Origin: Candidatus Muiribacterium halophilum
Lineage (GTDB): Bacteria > Muiribacteriota > Muiribacteriia > Muiribacteriales > Muiribacteriaceae
Length of the DNA: 64,000 nt
Assembly (NCBI GenBank): GCA_023228995.1
Contig: JALOAD010000001.1
Location: 84,603-148,602 of the forward strand
Direction of reading: 5' to 3'
Part shown: positions 16,055 to 25,787 of the stretch, piece by piece
How positions within the stretch are numbered: the first letter of the stretch is position 1
Layout: each line of letters opens with the position of its first letter
Notes under the pieces: model-generated
Seen by the model: the letters and a program-made list of their open reading frames with translations, nothing else
Told to the model about the DNA's origin: nothing
The model's database searches: none
Made by a program: the position numbers and the translations under genes

Positions 16055-19045
16055 TTAATAACTAACTCTTACAACAGTAAATTCTCCAACTCCACCTTCA
16101 TAATTCTCAGTTACAAATATTATTTTGCGATTAACTTCATCTCTTATAGTATTTGTTACAGAATCAGCCGAATTAGGATCTAAAGATTTGGAAAATTCAG
16201 TGCCGAGCTTTATTATAGGAAATCCAGCTTGATCTGGAATTAAAAACACATAGTTTTTTCCATCTGCTTGCATAATAGAATACATCTGATTATCAGTAAG
16301 ACTTGTAATATCATTTATTATATTATTTTCTAAATCAAGTAAATTAACAGAATCGCCATAATTTTCTTCGAATATTAAAAATCCATTATTGTTTTCATCT
16401 TCAAAATATTTAAGCTGATTAAACTGATTACATGTAAGATTGTTAAAACTATTTTCAATAACTTTTGAAGGTGTTTGCCATACACCATTATCAAGCTCAG
16501 AAAACCATATATGATCAAGTTCATTCTGATCTCTTGCAGAAAAATATATTTTTTCAACATTAGATAAATTTTTATAATAAAATGCAAAACCCGATTCTCT
16601 AATATCTATATCAGAAAGATTCTCAGTCGGAGTTGAATATACTTCCACTGTATCACTAAATGAATTTCCATCAAATGTATTATATATAAGCGAGTGTTTA
16701 TTACTATCCCATTCTGCTTTTACAAAAATTTGATGAAAAACACCATCTTTATAAATAGCACTTGGCACTGGAGAATAAGTATAATTAAAATCAGTATAAT
16801 TTGTAAAATTATTACTATTATAATTAAAGAATACAGTTCTATAACCCAAAGAAGGATTCGTTCCATTAGGAGATTCAAATACTAAGTAAGCTCCCAAAGA
16901 ATTATAGAAAATATCATGAAAGCAATTAATATCTTCACCAGGAGAAACTGTATAAATAATCTCAGTACCATCTGCCAAACAAGCTACAATGTCACATGAA
17001 CTATTCATATAAAATATTATAACATCTCCCGAATTATCAAGAGCAATTTTTATTTGTGAAGAAACATCAGCCAAAGTTATTTCTTCAAAAGTAATATTAT
17101 TTATATTTATTGAATAAGATTCACTAATATCATTTTCAAATCTATTATAAGCTTTAAATGAAAGATCGCATGAATAATCAAACTCTAATGGATAAACATT
17201 TCTTGTATCATAAAAATATGAATAATGACCTGGTTTAAGATTAATTAATCCTTCAGTTAACGGTGCATATTGTGCAGGTTCATAAACGCTTATATCAACT
17301 GAAACTGTATCATATAAAACATCAAAGCTAAATTGTATAATCCTAGAATCATTTAATTGAGTAAAATTCGCTATTTGTGAAGTTCTATTATCTATGCTGA
17401 AAGTTTGAGATTCAACAAATGCTAAAGGGTTTTCAGAAGGTGTAATTTTTATTTTAATTTCAGATATAGTTTCTGCTACTTCATTAAAACTTTCCCACAT
17501 TACTGTATATGTTCCAGGAGAAAGATTTGTAATATTATCAGAAGAATTCAAAGTTATAGCCTGATATTCTTGATTATTAATTTTAGCTTCTAATAAAACT
17601 GAAGTTCTTTTATATAAAACAGTAAAAGCTATAGGAATATCAAATCTATTATGATTAACATTTAATTGCGTTATAATCGGAATTATTTCTCCACCAGTGT
17701 TTACAACTACTCCAGTCAAATTTTCAAGTATTGTATAATCTGTAATATTAGGATTATTTTGAAGATCAATCCTTTTTAAATTAGGCATATCAAGCAACAC
17801 AGATAAATCTGATATATTAGTATTTGATAAAGATAAATTTTCAAGATTTGAAAGTCCTGCTAGAGATGTTATATCTGATATTCCATTTCCAGATAGATTT
17901 AGCGAATTTATAGTTGAAAGATTTGCTAAAGATGTTATATCAGATATTTTATTTCCAGACAAATTTAAAGCTTTAACTGATGTTAAAGCTGAAAGTGCTG
18001 AAATATCTGAAATATCATTATTTGAAAGATCAATGTTTTCAAGATTTTTACAAAATTCAAGCCCATTAAGACTTATTAAAGAAGTTTGGTTAGCTTTATT
18101 TGGTGCTGTTTTGGATGGACCAGGTAATGGTCCAGTTCCAGAATATGCTAGTGATATAAACTCAGCATGTGAAAGAAGTTCATCTGTAAGATAATCTTCA
18201 GATAGTACAGAAACTCCGTTAATTGTATTTAAAGTTTCTATAACTTTATTTCGTAAATTAGGATCTGTAAAATAATAAGTTTTTGTGTTGATTTCACTTA
18301 ATAAAACCCTATCATTTGTATCATTTTGATAAACATCGATTTTATAATCTTTGCCATTATCAAGATCAGTTAATACATAAATAATATTTTCAATAGTTCC
18401 GGAATAAGTAAAATTATAAGTATCAAACAAAATATTATTAACTTCAATATCATAATTGGTTGAAAATGAAGGTGATTGCCATGCAATACCAATACTATTT
18501 GAACTTTTTTCAAAAACTTCAGGAGTTTTATTTAAAGGAATTTCAATTTCCCATGAATTATATGAAATACTAACATAAGTAGTGTTATTATCGATTATTT
18601 TTATTTGTTCATTATAGTAAAATGGTATTGCATCATTTGAATTAATTGGTATAAAAAAGAAAAAATAATCTCCAGCAGCTATTTCCCCAATATTAACTCC
18701 ATTCTCATGTGGACTACCCGGTTTTACATCATATGTTTTAAAAAAAACATCATCTCTTTTACTTAAAATATCTGCAATTATAAGATTACTATGTTCTGAA
18801 GTAACTAAATCACTTACTGCATTATATACACCTAATGGAGCAAGAATAACTTCTATAGTATTAATTCCAAGATGTCTTGGTGGAGCTTTACGGTTTGTAC
18901 TATTTACAGGCCATTCAACATTAACATTAAGAGAATTTCCTGTGAATTTAGGACTTATATCAACACTGCGATTGCTACCGCATCCAGCAATAAAAAGCAT
19001 AAAAACAACCAAAATGCTTAAAGAAAAAATATATTTTTTACACAT
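16055..19045 (-). CDS. Large surface lipoprotein with leucine-rich repeats (internalin-like) and Ig/FN3-like domains
   Basis: Lipobox FIAGCGS. 22-aa LRR units (LSNNDISDISALSALTSVKALNLSGNKISDITSLANLSTINSLNLSGNGISDITSLAGLSNLENLSLSNTNISDLS). Confidence 0.8.
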   Translation of the reverse strand: MCKKYIFSLSILVVFMLFIAGCGSNRSVDISPKFTGNSLNVNVEWPVNSTNRKAPPRHLGINTIEVILAPLGVYNAVSDLVTSEHSNLIIADILSKRDDVFFKTYDVKPGSPHENGVNIGEIAAGDYFFFFIPINSNDAIPFYYNEQIKIIDNNTTYVSISYNSWEIEIPLNKTPEVFEKSSNSIGIAWQSPSFSTNYDIEVNNILFDTYNFTYSGTIENIIYVLTDLDNGKDYKIDVYQNDTNDRVLLSEINTKTYYFTDPNLRNKVIETLNTINGVSVLSEDYLTDELLSHAEFISLAYSGTGPLPGPSKTAPNKANQTSLISLNGLEFCKNLENIDLSNNDISDISALSALTSVKALNLSGNKISDITSLANLSTINSLNLSGNGISDITSLAGLSNLENLSLSNTNISDLSVLLDMPNLKRIDLQNNPNITDYTILENLTGVVVNTGGEIIPIITQLNVNHNRFDIPIAFTVLYKRTSVLLEAKINNQEYQAITLNSSDNITNLSPGTYTVMWESFNEVAETISEIKIKITPSENPLAFVESQTFSIDNRTSQIANFTQLNDSRIIQFSFDVLYDTVSVDISVYEPAQYAPLTEGLINLKPGHYSYFYDTRNVYPLEFDYSCDLSFKAYNRFENDISESYSININNITFEEITLADVSSQIKIALDNSGDVIIFYMNSSCDIVACLADGTEIIYTVSPGEDINCFHDIFYNSLGAYLVFESPNGTNPSLGYRTVFFNYNSNNFTNYTDFNYTYSPVPSAIYKDGVFHQIFVKAEWDSNKHSLIYNTFDGNSFSDTVEVYSTPTENLSDIDIRESGFAFYYKNLSNVEKIYFSARDQNELDHIWFSELDNGVWQTPSKVIENSFNNLTCNQFNQLKYFEDENNNGFLIFEENYGDSVNLLDLENNIINDITSLTDNQMYSIMQADGKNYVFLIPDQAGFPIIKLGTEFSKSLDPNSADSVTNTIRDEVNRKIIFVTENYEGGVGEFTVVRVSY

Positions 19046-19120
19046 AATTATACTCCATTAATTATCAATTATTTAATCTAATATATTTATAACATAAAAA
19101 TGAATAAAAATAAAGAAAAT

Positions 19121-19232
19121 TTAAGGGTTTAAGGGTTGAGGGTTGAGGGTTATGGGTTAAAAACCCGAATCCCTGTTTTTCCTCAGTTTTTACCAGGTTT
19201 TTCCCCGGTATCTCCCCGGTATCTCCCCGACG
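19121..19232. repeat. G-tract telomere-like heptamer repeats (GGTTTAAGGGTTGAGGGTTGAGGGTTATGGGTT), then a C-tract repeat (CCCCGGTATCT x2 + CCCC)
   Basis: Read directly. Five G3 tracts on the plus strand and three C4 tracts 60 bp downstream, in the promoter region of the LRR lipoprotein gene. Confidence 0.6.
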
Positions 19233-19241
19233 CTTTAAAAT

Positions 19242-20663
19242 CTATTTATAAAACAACAAACCTATTCCAGCTTTTGCTTTTCTTTTAAATTCACCAAAAC
19301 TTCTAACAGATAAAACTCTTTTAAGCAAATAAAACGGTCTAAAATAAAAAGATTTATAAGCTTTTTTTACAAGACTATGAAGTTTTTCTTCTGAAATAAT
19401 CTCATTCCAATGAGGAGGAATAAAATCTTTATTAGGATTTTGGGCAAATTCTTTCCAAATATCTTTTTTAAAAACATTATTTTTTAAACCTAAAAAATAT
19501 AACTCGGTTGCAGGAAACGGACTTGTAATAGTAACATGTACATAGTCAGGATTTAATTTTTTCATAAATTTAATTGTTTTTTCAACATCTTCAACAGTTT
19601 CTTCAGGAGAACCAATCATAAAATACGCTAAAGTCTGAATTTTAGCTTTTTTAGTTTCTTTAAAAACTTTTAAAGCTTGTTCTAAAGTTATACCTTTTCT
19701 CAAAACTTTAAGAATTTTTTCACTTCCAGACTCAACTCCATAATGAATTCTCTCACAACCAGCTTTTTTCATAAGACAAAGAAGCTCATAATCTACAGTA
19801 TTAACTCTGGCTCTTACATCCCAACCGATTTTTTTATGTAAGTTTTTTTTTATAAGAATTTCACAAATTTCAACAACTCTTTCTCTTATAATCGTAAAAG
19901 TATCATCATATATTAGAAATTCATTAATACCCATTTCATAACATTTTTCAATTTCATCAACAACATTTTTTGCAGTTCTTGCTCTAAATTTATCTCCTAA
20001 ATGAGGTCTATCACAAAAAAGACATTTATATGGACAACCTCTGCTTGTAAACATTGTTGTAACAGGAGTTCTTTTGGCAATTACTGAATTATATTTTTTA
20101 AAAAAAGTTAATTCTCTTGCAGGAAATTGAACTGTATCAAGATTTTCAATTAATGGTGGTGGCGGATTTTTGTGAATATTTCCGTCTTTTTTGACAAAAC
20201 AAGCACCAGGTACTTTTTTAAGTAATTCTTCATTATTTATATTTTTAAAAAAATCAGGAGCTGTAAAATCAGCTTCTCCAATAAGAACTGCATCTACCCA
20301 AGACAATCTTGCTGTTTCTTCTGGATAAATATAAATATGAGGTCCACCTAATATAATTTTAATATTTGGATTTATGCTTTTGCATAATTGAGCTGTTTTT
20401 TTAACATCAAATATACAAAATGTCATAAGTGTCATTCCTACAACATCAGGTTTGATAGTTTCAATTCGTTTTTTTAATTGTTTATAATTTAATTCTTCAA
20501 CTTGACAATCTAAAACTTGTACATCCATACCTGCATTTTTTAAAGAACTAGCAATATATAAAAGTCCTAATGGAGGATTATAACCTCGTGATTCTTCAAG
20601 AATTTCAGGATTATTAGCAATTAGAGTATTTCTATCAGGTTGATTTATAAGAAGAATTCTCAT
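19242..20663 (-). CDS. B12-binding-domain radical SAM protein
   Basis: N-terminal cobalamin-binding-like domain. CxxxCxxC radical SAM motif (TSRGCPYKCLFCD). Confidence 0.85.
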   Translation of the reverse strand: MRILLINQPDRNTLIANNPEILEESRGYNPPLGLLYIASSLKNAGMDVQVLDCQVEELNYKQLKKRIETIKPDVVGMTLMTFCIFDVKKTAQLCKSINPNIKIILGGPHIYIYPEETARLSWVDAVLIGEADFTAPDFFKNINNEELLKKVPGACFVKKDGNIHKNPPPPLIENLDTVQFPARELTFFKKYNSVIAKRTPVTTMFTSRGCPYKCLFCDRPHLGDKFRARTAKNVVDEIEKCYEMGINEFLIYDDTFTIIRERVVEICEILIKKNLHKKIGWDVRARVNTVDYELLCLMKKAGCERIHYGVESGSEKILKVLRKGITLEQALKVFKETKKAKIQTLAYFMIGSPEETVEDVEKTIKFMKKLNPDYVHVTITSPFPATELYFLGLKNNVFKKDIWKEFAQNPNKDFIPPHWNEIISEEKLHSLVKKAYKSFYFRPFYLLKRVLSVRSFGEFKRKAKAGIGLLFYK

Positions 20664-21575
20664 TTATTTACCTCTTTTGACAATAAGTTCTGCAAGAAGT
20701 CCCATACAAAAAGTCTGTACAGAAGTTAAAATTGTTATAAGAACTGTCATATCCAACACTTTATCCATATAAAAAAATGAATATAAAAAAACTGCTATTC
20801 CAGCAAGAAATATCATTAAAGATAAAGGAAGAAAAAATCTTAATGGTGAAAAATAAAAAACTGTTTTCCAAACTAAAATAAAAAAATTAATTGTATCCCT
20901 TATAGGTCTAATTTTAGAATTTCCTTCTCTGATTTTATAATCTATTTCTCTATAATCTATAAAAAATTTTTCTGAAAAAGTCACTAATGTTGTTGTTGAA
21001 GTAAATGAAAAACCATCTGGAATTATCTTTAAATTTCTCAATGCTATATCTTTTTTAAATATTCTAAATCCTGAATTAAGATCTGGAATACTAAAACCTG
21101 ATATATAACTTGCAAATAATCTCAAAACAGCTTTTGCAGGTCTTCTTATTAATGGAATATGAGAACGTTTCCTTGCGCCTACAAGCATATCAAGAGAATT
21201 TTTTGTGTAAATCTCATAAAATTCAGCCATTCTTTCATTTGGATATGTTCCATCTGCATCTGTTATAAATATATTTTGACTAAGACTTTCTTTTATACCT
21301 CTTTTTAATGAATATCCATAACCTGAATTTACTCTATTTCTTAATACTTTTACATCTTTGAAATTTTCTCTGATTATTTCAGAAGAACCATCATTGCTTC
21401 CATCATCAATTGCGATTATTTCATAACTAATTTCTTTATTTAAAAATGATTTTTTAATTTCATTTATTGTTGATACAATTGATTCTTTTTCATTATATAC
21501 AGGTATTAATATAGTTAAGTTCATAATGTAGTGATTATACACTAATACCATGGATTTTTCAAAATCATACCACAT
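20664..21575 (-). CDS. Family 2 glycosyltransferase (polyprenol-phosphate sugar transferase-like) with C-terminal TM helices
   Basis: LTILIPVYNE...IAIDDGSNDGS...ITDADG motifs of GT2 (DPM1-like). Confidence 0.85.
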   Translation of the reverse strand: MWYDFEKSMVLVYNHYIMNLTILIPVYNEKESIVSTINEIKKSFLNKEISYEIIAIDDGSNDGSSEIIRENFKDVKVLRNRVNSGYGYSLKRGIKESLSQNIFITDADGTYPNERMAEFYEIYTKNSLDMLVGARKRSHIPLIRRPAKAVLRLFASYISGFSIPDLNSGFRIFKKDIALRNLKIIPDGFSFTSTTTLVTFSEKFFIDYREIDYKIREGNSKIRPIRDTINFFILVWKTVFYFSPLRFFLPLSLMIFLAGIAVFLYSFFYMDKVLDMTVLITILTSVQTFCMGLLAELIVKRGK

Positions 21576-21694
21576 AACCTCAGCAAAACCTCATGTATAT
21601 TAAGTTTCAATTCATAAAACTTTAAATTATTCAATACAGTTAACGATAAAGTCGATAATGTTAGTGAAACAATTTCTATCCTGATGAGGTTTTT

Positions 21695-21991
21695 ATGTGC
21701 GAAGATGATATTTATATTCAGTTTAAGAAAAATTTTAATGAAAAGATAAAACTAATTGAAAATATTCTTAATAAACAAGAAATTGACATTTCTGAATCTG
21801 ATATTATCACTCTAGAACAAATGTTTCATTCTTTAAAAGGAAATTTGGTATCTTTACATTTTGAAAAATCATTTGTGAATGATTCAGGTGCCAAAATTCA
21901 TAATTTACTTTCAAAGAGTAAAACTTGTAACAAATCTTTAATAAAAGAATATTTCAACGAACTTAAAGTCAGGGCGGAAAGCGAACTTTAA
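21695..21991 (+). CDS. Small Hpt-like (histidine phosphotransfer) domain protein, tentative
   Basis: FHSLKGNLVSLHF resembles the Hpt consensus HxLKGxxxxxG. 98 aa, helical. Confidence 0.35.
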   Translation: MCEDDIYIQFKKNFNEKIKLIENILNKQEIDISESDIITLEQMFHSLKGNLVSLHFEKSFVNDSGAKIHNLLSKSKTCNKSLIKEYFNELKVRAESEL

Positions 21992-22009
21992 TTAAAGGGA
22001 GGAATTCAG

Positions 22010-22516
22010 ATGTATATTACCGGCGATAAAGTACTTCATCCGCTACATGGTGCAGGTATAATTGAAGGCATCGAAGCTAAAAAAGTTCTTGTTAAAACCA
22101 TGAAGTTTTATATTTTCAATCCAGCAGATATTTCTGTTGAAAAAATTTATATTCCTGTAAATAATGCAGACAACATTGGAATTAGATATCTTGTTGAAGA
22201 TAAAATGCTTAAACTTGTTGAGGATTATTTGAAAGATCCTTATGATCTAATTATTGATGAACCTTGGAAATCACAGTTTAAAAAACAAGAAACATTAGTA
22301 AATTCAGGAAATATCATGGAAGTTGCTAAAGCTTTTAAATTTTTATTTTATAAAAGTCTAAAGAAAAAATTAGGTGAAATGGATAAATGGCTTTTTAGAA
22401 AAGCTAGAGATATTATATCATCTGAAATGCATCTTGTAAGAAATATCACAATCGAAAAATGCAGTGAATTTATTATAGAAATAGTAAATTCTTCTGTTAT
22501 AGACGAAGTTGCATAA
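22010..22516 (+). CDS. CarD/CdnL-family RNA-polymerase-binding transcription factor
   Basis: N-terminal Tudor-like GDKVLHPLHGAGIIEGIE motif typical of the CarD_CdnL_TRCF domain. ~165 aa. SD GGGAGGA upstream. Confidence 0.75.
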   Translation: MYITGDKVLHPLHGAGIIEGIEAKKVLVKTMKFYIFNPADISVEKIYIPVNNADNIGIRYLVEDKMLKLVEDYLKDPYDLIIDEPWKSQFKKQETLVNSGNIMEVAKAFKFLFYKSLKKKLGEMDKWLFRKARDIISSEMHLVRNITIEKCSEFIIEIVNSSVIDEVA

Positions 22517-22539
22517 AATTTAATATAAACATATATATA

Positions 22540-22572
22540 AAAAAAAAGCCACCGAAACGGTGGCTTTTTTGC
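22540..22572. terminator. Bidirectional rho-independent terminator (A9-GCCACCG-aaa-CGGTGGC-T6)
   Basis: Perfect 7-bp GC-rich stem flanked by A and T runs between convergent genes. Confidence 0.85.
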
Positions 22573-22596
22573 TTTCTTGTTATATAAGTAATTAAC

Positions 22597-24066
22597 TTAT
22601 TTTACTATAAAACTTAATACTCCAGCTTGTGGAGCTTTGTCTGGAAGTGTTTCATACATTCCATTGATGTTTTCTGCTTCAATGAAATAATAAACTTCAG
22701 TTCCATTACTCTGAGCAGGAATTGCAGCTATAAATTTACCATCAATTTCAACAGCTTCAGTTTTAGCAAATGGACCTTCTGAATCATTTGAATAATAAAC
22801 ACTTACATTGTCTTTATCAAGTTCTTTTGTTGAAAAAACTTCAAATTCAATGTAAATCTCTTCTCCACTTCTTGCATCAACAATTTCATTAGCTCTGATT
22901 TCAAGAGGGTCTTTCATAACCATTTTAGTAATACAATGAATTGCTCCATTAGCCTGAATTACATCTTTTGCCATAAATCCTCTAACATCATATCCAGGAA
23001 GAGCTTTTCTGTATATATCAAGAGCTACTTTATCAAGATCAAAACCATAAATAGGAACAAGCACTTTATTATTACAAATAAGTGAATTTGTATAAGAATA
23101 TGAAGTTCCGTTATATCTTGGCATAGGCATTCTTATAACTTTGAATTTTTCACCTTTACCATTGGTTTCATTAGCCATTTTTTCAGCATTTCTATTTAAA
23201 ATATAATAATTATCTTCAGCACCATCTGAAGGTTTTGCGTATTCACCAATTATTATTGTTTTATCATCAAGCAATTTTGAGAACATATCAACATGTCCAG
23301 TACCATCTCTTTTCATTTGCTCAAGTATAATAGTTTTTTTGACATTAAAAAGTTGTTTCATGTATTTTTCAAGCTGTGGAACTGAAAGTTCAGGCATTCC
23401 ACCCTGACTTGGATCAAAAACAACATCTGTCATTATTGCAACATTATGTCCATCAAGCTGAAAATTTCCACCAGGCATAATAAGATCAGTAACATTGTTT
23501 TTAACATTCAATATTGAAGCTATTTTTTCAGGAAATCTATCATCTAATGGTCTAGGTCTGTTATATTTAAAATCAATAACTTCTCTATCTCCATCTTCAG
23601 TATATATCCACCAAGGACCGTAATCTCTCATCCATACTGAGTTTAAACCATACTCTAATATAACAACATTTGTCATATTAACACCAGCATTTCTAAGTTC
23701 AGTTTTTACTGATTCAGCAGATGCTCCACCATACCATGAAGACCCACCACTAGCTACAACCCATGCAATTTCATCTTCAGCAACAAATTTAATCAATTGT
23801 TTTATAAGTGAAGTGTATGACATATAAGAAAAACATACGCCATCTGAAGGTTCAAATTCTGCTGGTCCATAAAAATTCCCTTGAGGAAGTCTTAATCCAG
23901 CTCTAGTTAAAGGTTCTAGTTTACTTTCTCGATACTCTTGATAATGGTTTGTAATAAAATCTTTTTCCGCTTCAGTCATTGATTTTGGAAGAGGTTTAAC
24001 CTGTCCAAAAGCAGCAGAAGCTGAAAAAACCATTGCCAAAGCTAATAGCAAGGTTCTTTTTTTCAT
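22597..24066 (-). CDS. Secreted agmatine-deiminase / Porphyromonas-type peptidylarginine deiminase family protein with extra C-terminal beta domain
   Basis: Signal peptide. Guanidino-modifying fold with the catalytic-Cys context NGAIHCITKMV near the core C-terminus. About 90 extra C-terminal residues. Confidence 0.65.
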   Translation of the reverse strand: MKKRTLLLALAMVFSASAAFGQVKPLPKSMTEAEKDFITNHYQEYRESKLEPLTRAGLRLPQGNFYGPAEFEPSDGVCFSYMSYTSLIKQLIKFVAEDEIAWVVASGGSSWYGGASAESVKTELRNAGVNMTNVVILEYGLNSVWMRDYGPWWIYTEDGDREVIDFKYNRPRPLDDRFPEKIASILNVKNNVTDLIMPGGNFQLDGHNVAIMTDVVFDPSQGGMPELSVPQLEKYMKQLFNVKKTIILEQMKRDGTGHVDMFSKLLDDKTIIIGEYAKPSDGAEDNYYILNRNAEKMANETNGKGEKFKVIRMPMPRYNGTSYSYTNSLICNNKVLVPIYGFDLDKVALDIYRKALPGYDVRGFMAKDVIQANGAIHCITKMVMKDPLEIRANEIVDARSGEEIYIEFEVFSTKELDKDNVSVYYSNDSEGPFAKTEAVEIDGKFIAAIPAQSNGTEVYYFIEAENINGMYETLPDKAPQAGVLSFIVK

Positions 24067-24172
24067 ACTACCCCCTGAATAATAAAATTCTTGATTTAAT
24101 TATAAAAGATAAAAAAACTATAAGCAAGTGATTTTTTTTTAAAAATTTTTTTAGTTTTTTTGAAAAGTTTTT

Positions 24173-24571
24173 TTATCTATATAAATTCAAATATACATAA
24201 ATACAAGCTGTATGAACAACTTTCACATTGTTTTTTTCAAATATATTGAGTAATTCATCGCTTATTGCACCTGGCTGAAGCCAAACAAATTTAATATTTT
24301 TTTTTATTATATCTTCCGCAATTTTAATACCAATTTCCGGATTAACTACAAAAACAGCTCCATCAATGTTACTTTCAATATCTAAAACTGAATTATATAC
24401 TTTATTACCCTCAATTTCTTTTAAGGATTTATGCACAGGAACAACTTCATAACCTTTTTCAGATAATTTTTTGAAAATTTTATAACCCCATTTATCAGGT
24501 TTAGATGAAGCTCCAATTACAGCAATTTTTTTTAGTTCAACAAAACTTTCAATTATTTCAGATTGATTCAT
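24173..24571 (-). CDS. CoA-binding domain protein (YccU-like)
   Basis: KIAVIGASSKPDKWGYKIF Rossmann-like CoA_binding_2 signature. 132 aa. Confidence 0.75.
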   Translation of the reverse strand: MNQSEIIESFVELKKIAVIGASSKPDKWGYKIFKKLSEKGYEVVPVHKSLKEIEGNKVYNSVLDIESNIDGAVFVVNPEIGIKIAEDIIKKNIKFVWLQPGAISDELLNIFEKNNVKVVHTACIYVYLNLYR

Positions 24572-24604
24572 AAAAACACCTCCATAGAAAATTATAAAAC
24601 TGTT

Positions 24605-25495
24605 TTATTGTGATATTAGTCTTAAAACAGCTTTTTCTTTCATTTTAGCTTCAACCATAATATCGCAACAAATATTTACTGGAATATTATTAATTATATC
24701 AGTAAATTCATTAAAATCATAATCTTCAATATAATCAGTATGAGAACAACCTTTCACACCTTTTTTAGACGAAATATGAAAAATAGGAATATCACCTTTC
24801 CACGAATTAACAACTTTTTTTATATTATCAATAATATTTAAACGCCAATTATCTTTAAAATCAGCATTACATTTATGATGCAGAATATCAAAAACAACCG
24901 GAATATCTAATTTTTGAGAAATTTCAAGAACATCAACAATATTATAACTTTTATCATCATTTTCAATAATAAGTTTTTTTTGAGCCCTTTCAGATAATCT
25001 ATAAAAATTCTTACAAAATCTTTCAATTGCTGAAATTTTATCTCCGTATACTCCGCCAATATGAATAACTATTTTACCTTTATCAGGATATAAAAAATCA
25101 AGAAAATCAGAATGAAATTCAATTTCTTTCAAAGCATTAAAGACAACATTATCATTAAGAGAATTCAAAACAGTATATTGACCAGGATGCATAGAAAATC
25201 TCATATCAGAAACTTGAGCAAGTTTTCTTAAAGATTTTATCTTATCACCAAAATCAGCTTTCCAGTCAAAGTTAAAATCTCTATGAGAAGCAAGAGGAAT
25301 AATCTCAGAACCAATTCTAAAAAAGTTAATTTTATTCGCTTGATTCCATAAAATAATATCTTTCAAAGAATCAAGATTATAATTAACAATGTCAAAATAT
25401 TTATCATAATTAAGATTTTTTAACCTTAAAGTCTTGTTTGTAGTTCTACCAAGTCCTGTATTAATACAAGCATAACCTAAATATCTAATTTTCAT
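24605..25495 (-). CDS. uvsE: UV DNA damage endonuclease (UvsE/UVDE family)
   Basis: N-terminal KIRYLGYACIN and overall TIM-barrel UVDE-like conservation (~296 aa). Confidence 0.65.
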   Translation of the reverse strand: MKIRYLGYACINTGLGRTTNKTLRLKNLNYDKYFDIVNYNLDSLKDIILWNQANKINFFRIGSEIIPLASHRDFNFDWKADFGDKIKSLRKLAQVSDMRFSMHPGQYTVLNSLNDNVVFNALKEIEFHSDFLDFLYPDKGKIVIHIGGVYGDKISAIERFCKNFYRLSERAQKKLIIENDDKSYNIVDVLEISQKLDIPVVFDILHHKCNADFKDNWRLNIIDNIKKVVNSWKGDIPIFHISSKKGVKGCSHTDYIEDYDFNEFTDIINNIPVNICCDIMVEAKMKEKAVLRLISQ

Positions 25496-25787
25496 TTGTT
25501 AACCTCTTGGGGTCGGTCCACTATTTGTTTACAACCAAAATAATTATAAGTATATATAAATTTGCAATTTTGACTTTTTTTAGTAAAAAAACATGTTTAT
25601 AACGATTTAACCAAACAAAAATTTATAAGAATTAAAAAAAATTAATAATAATTTTTAATAAATTTTTGATTTTTGCAATTATTAAATAGTATATAACAAT
25701 TTTTATCTTAAAATTTCTTAATCCCTTGCAAAATCTATAAAAAACAATATTTTTTTATATTTTGTCAAGAATTAAGGTCCGACACCA

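Noticed and set aside
21695-21991. Hpt phosphotransfer assignment as a firm call
   Set aside because: Rests on a single HSLKGN motif in a 98-aa helical protein, so it is kept at low confidence only.
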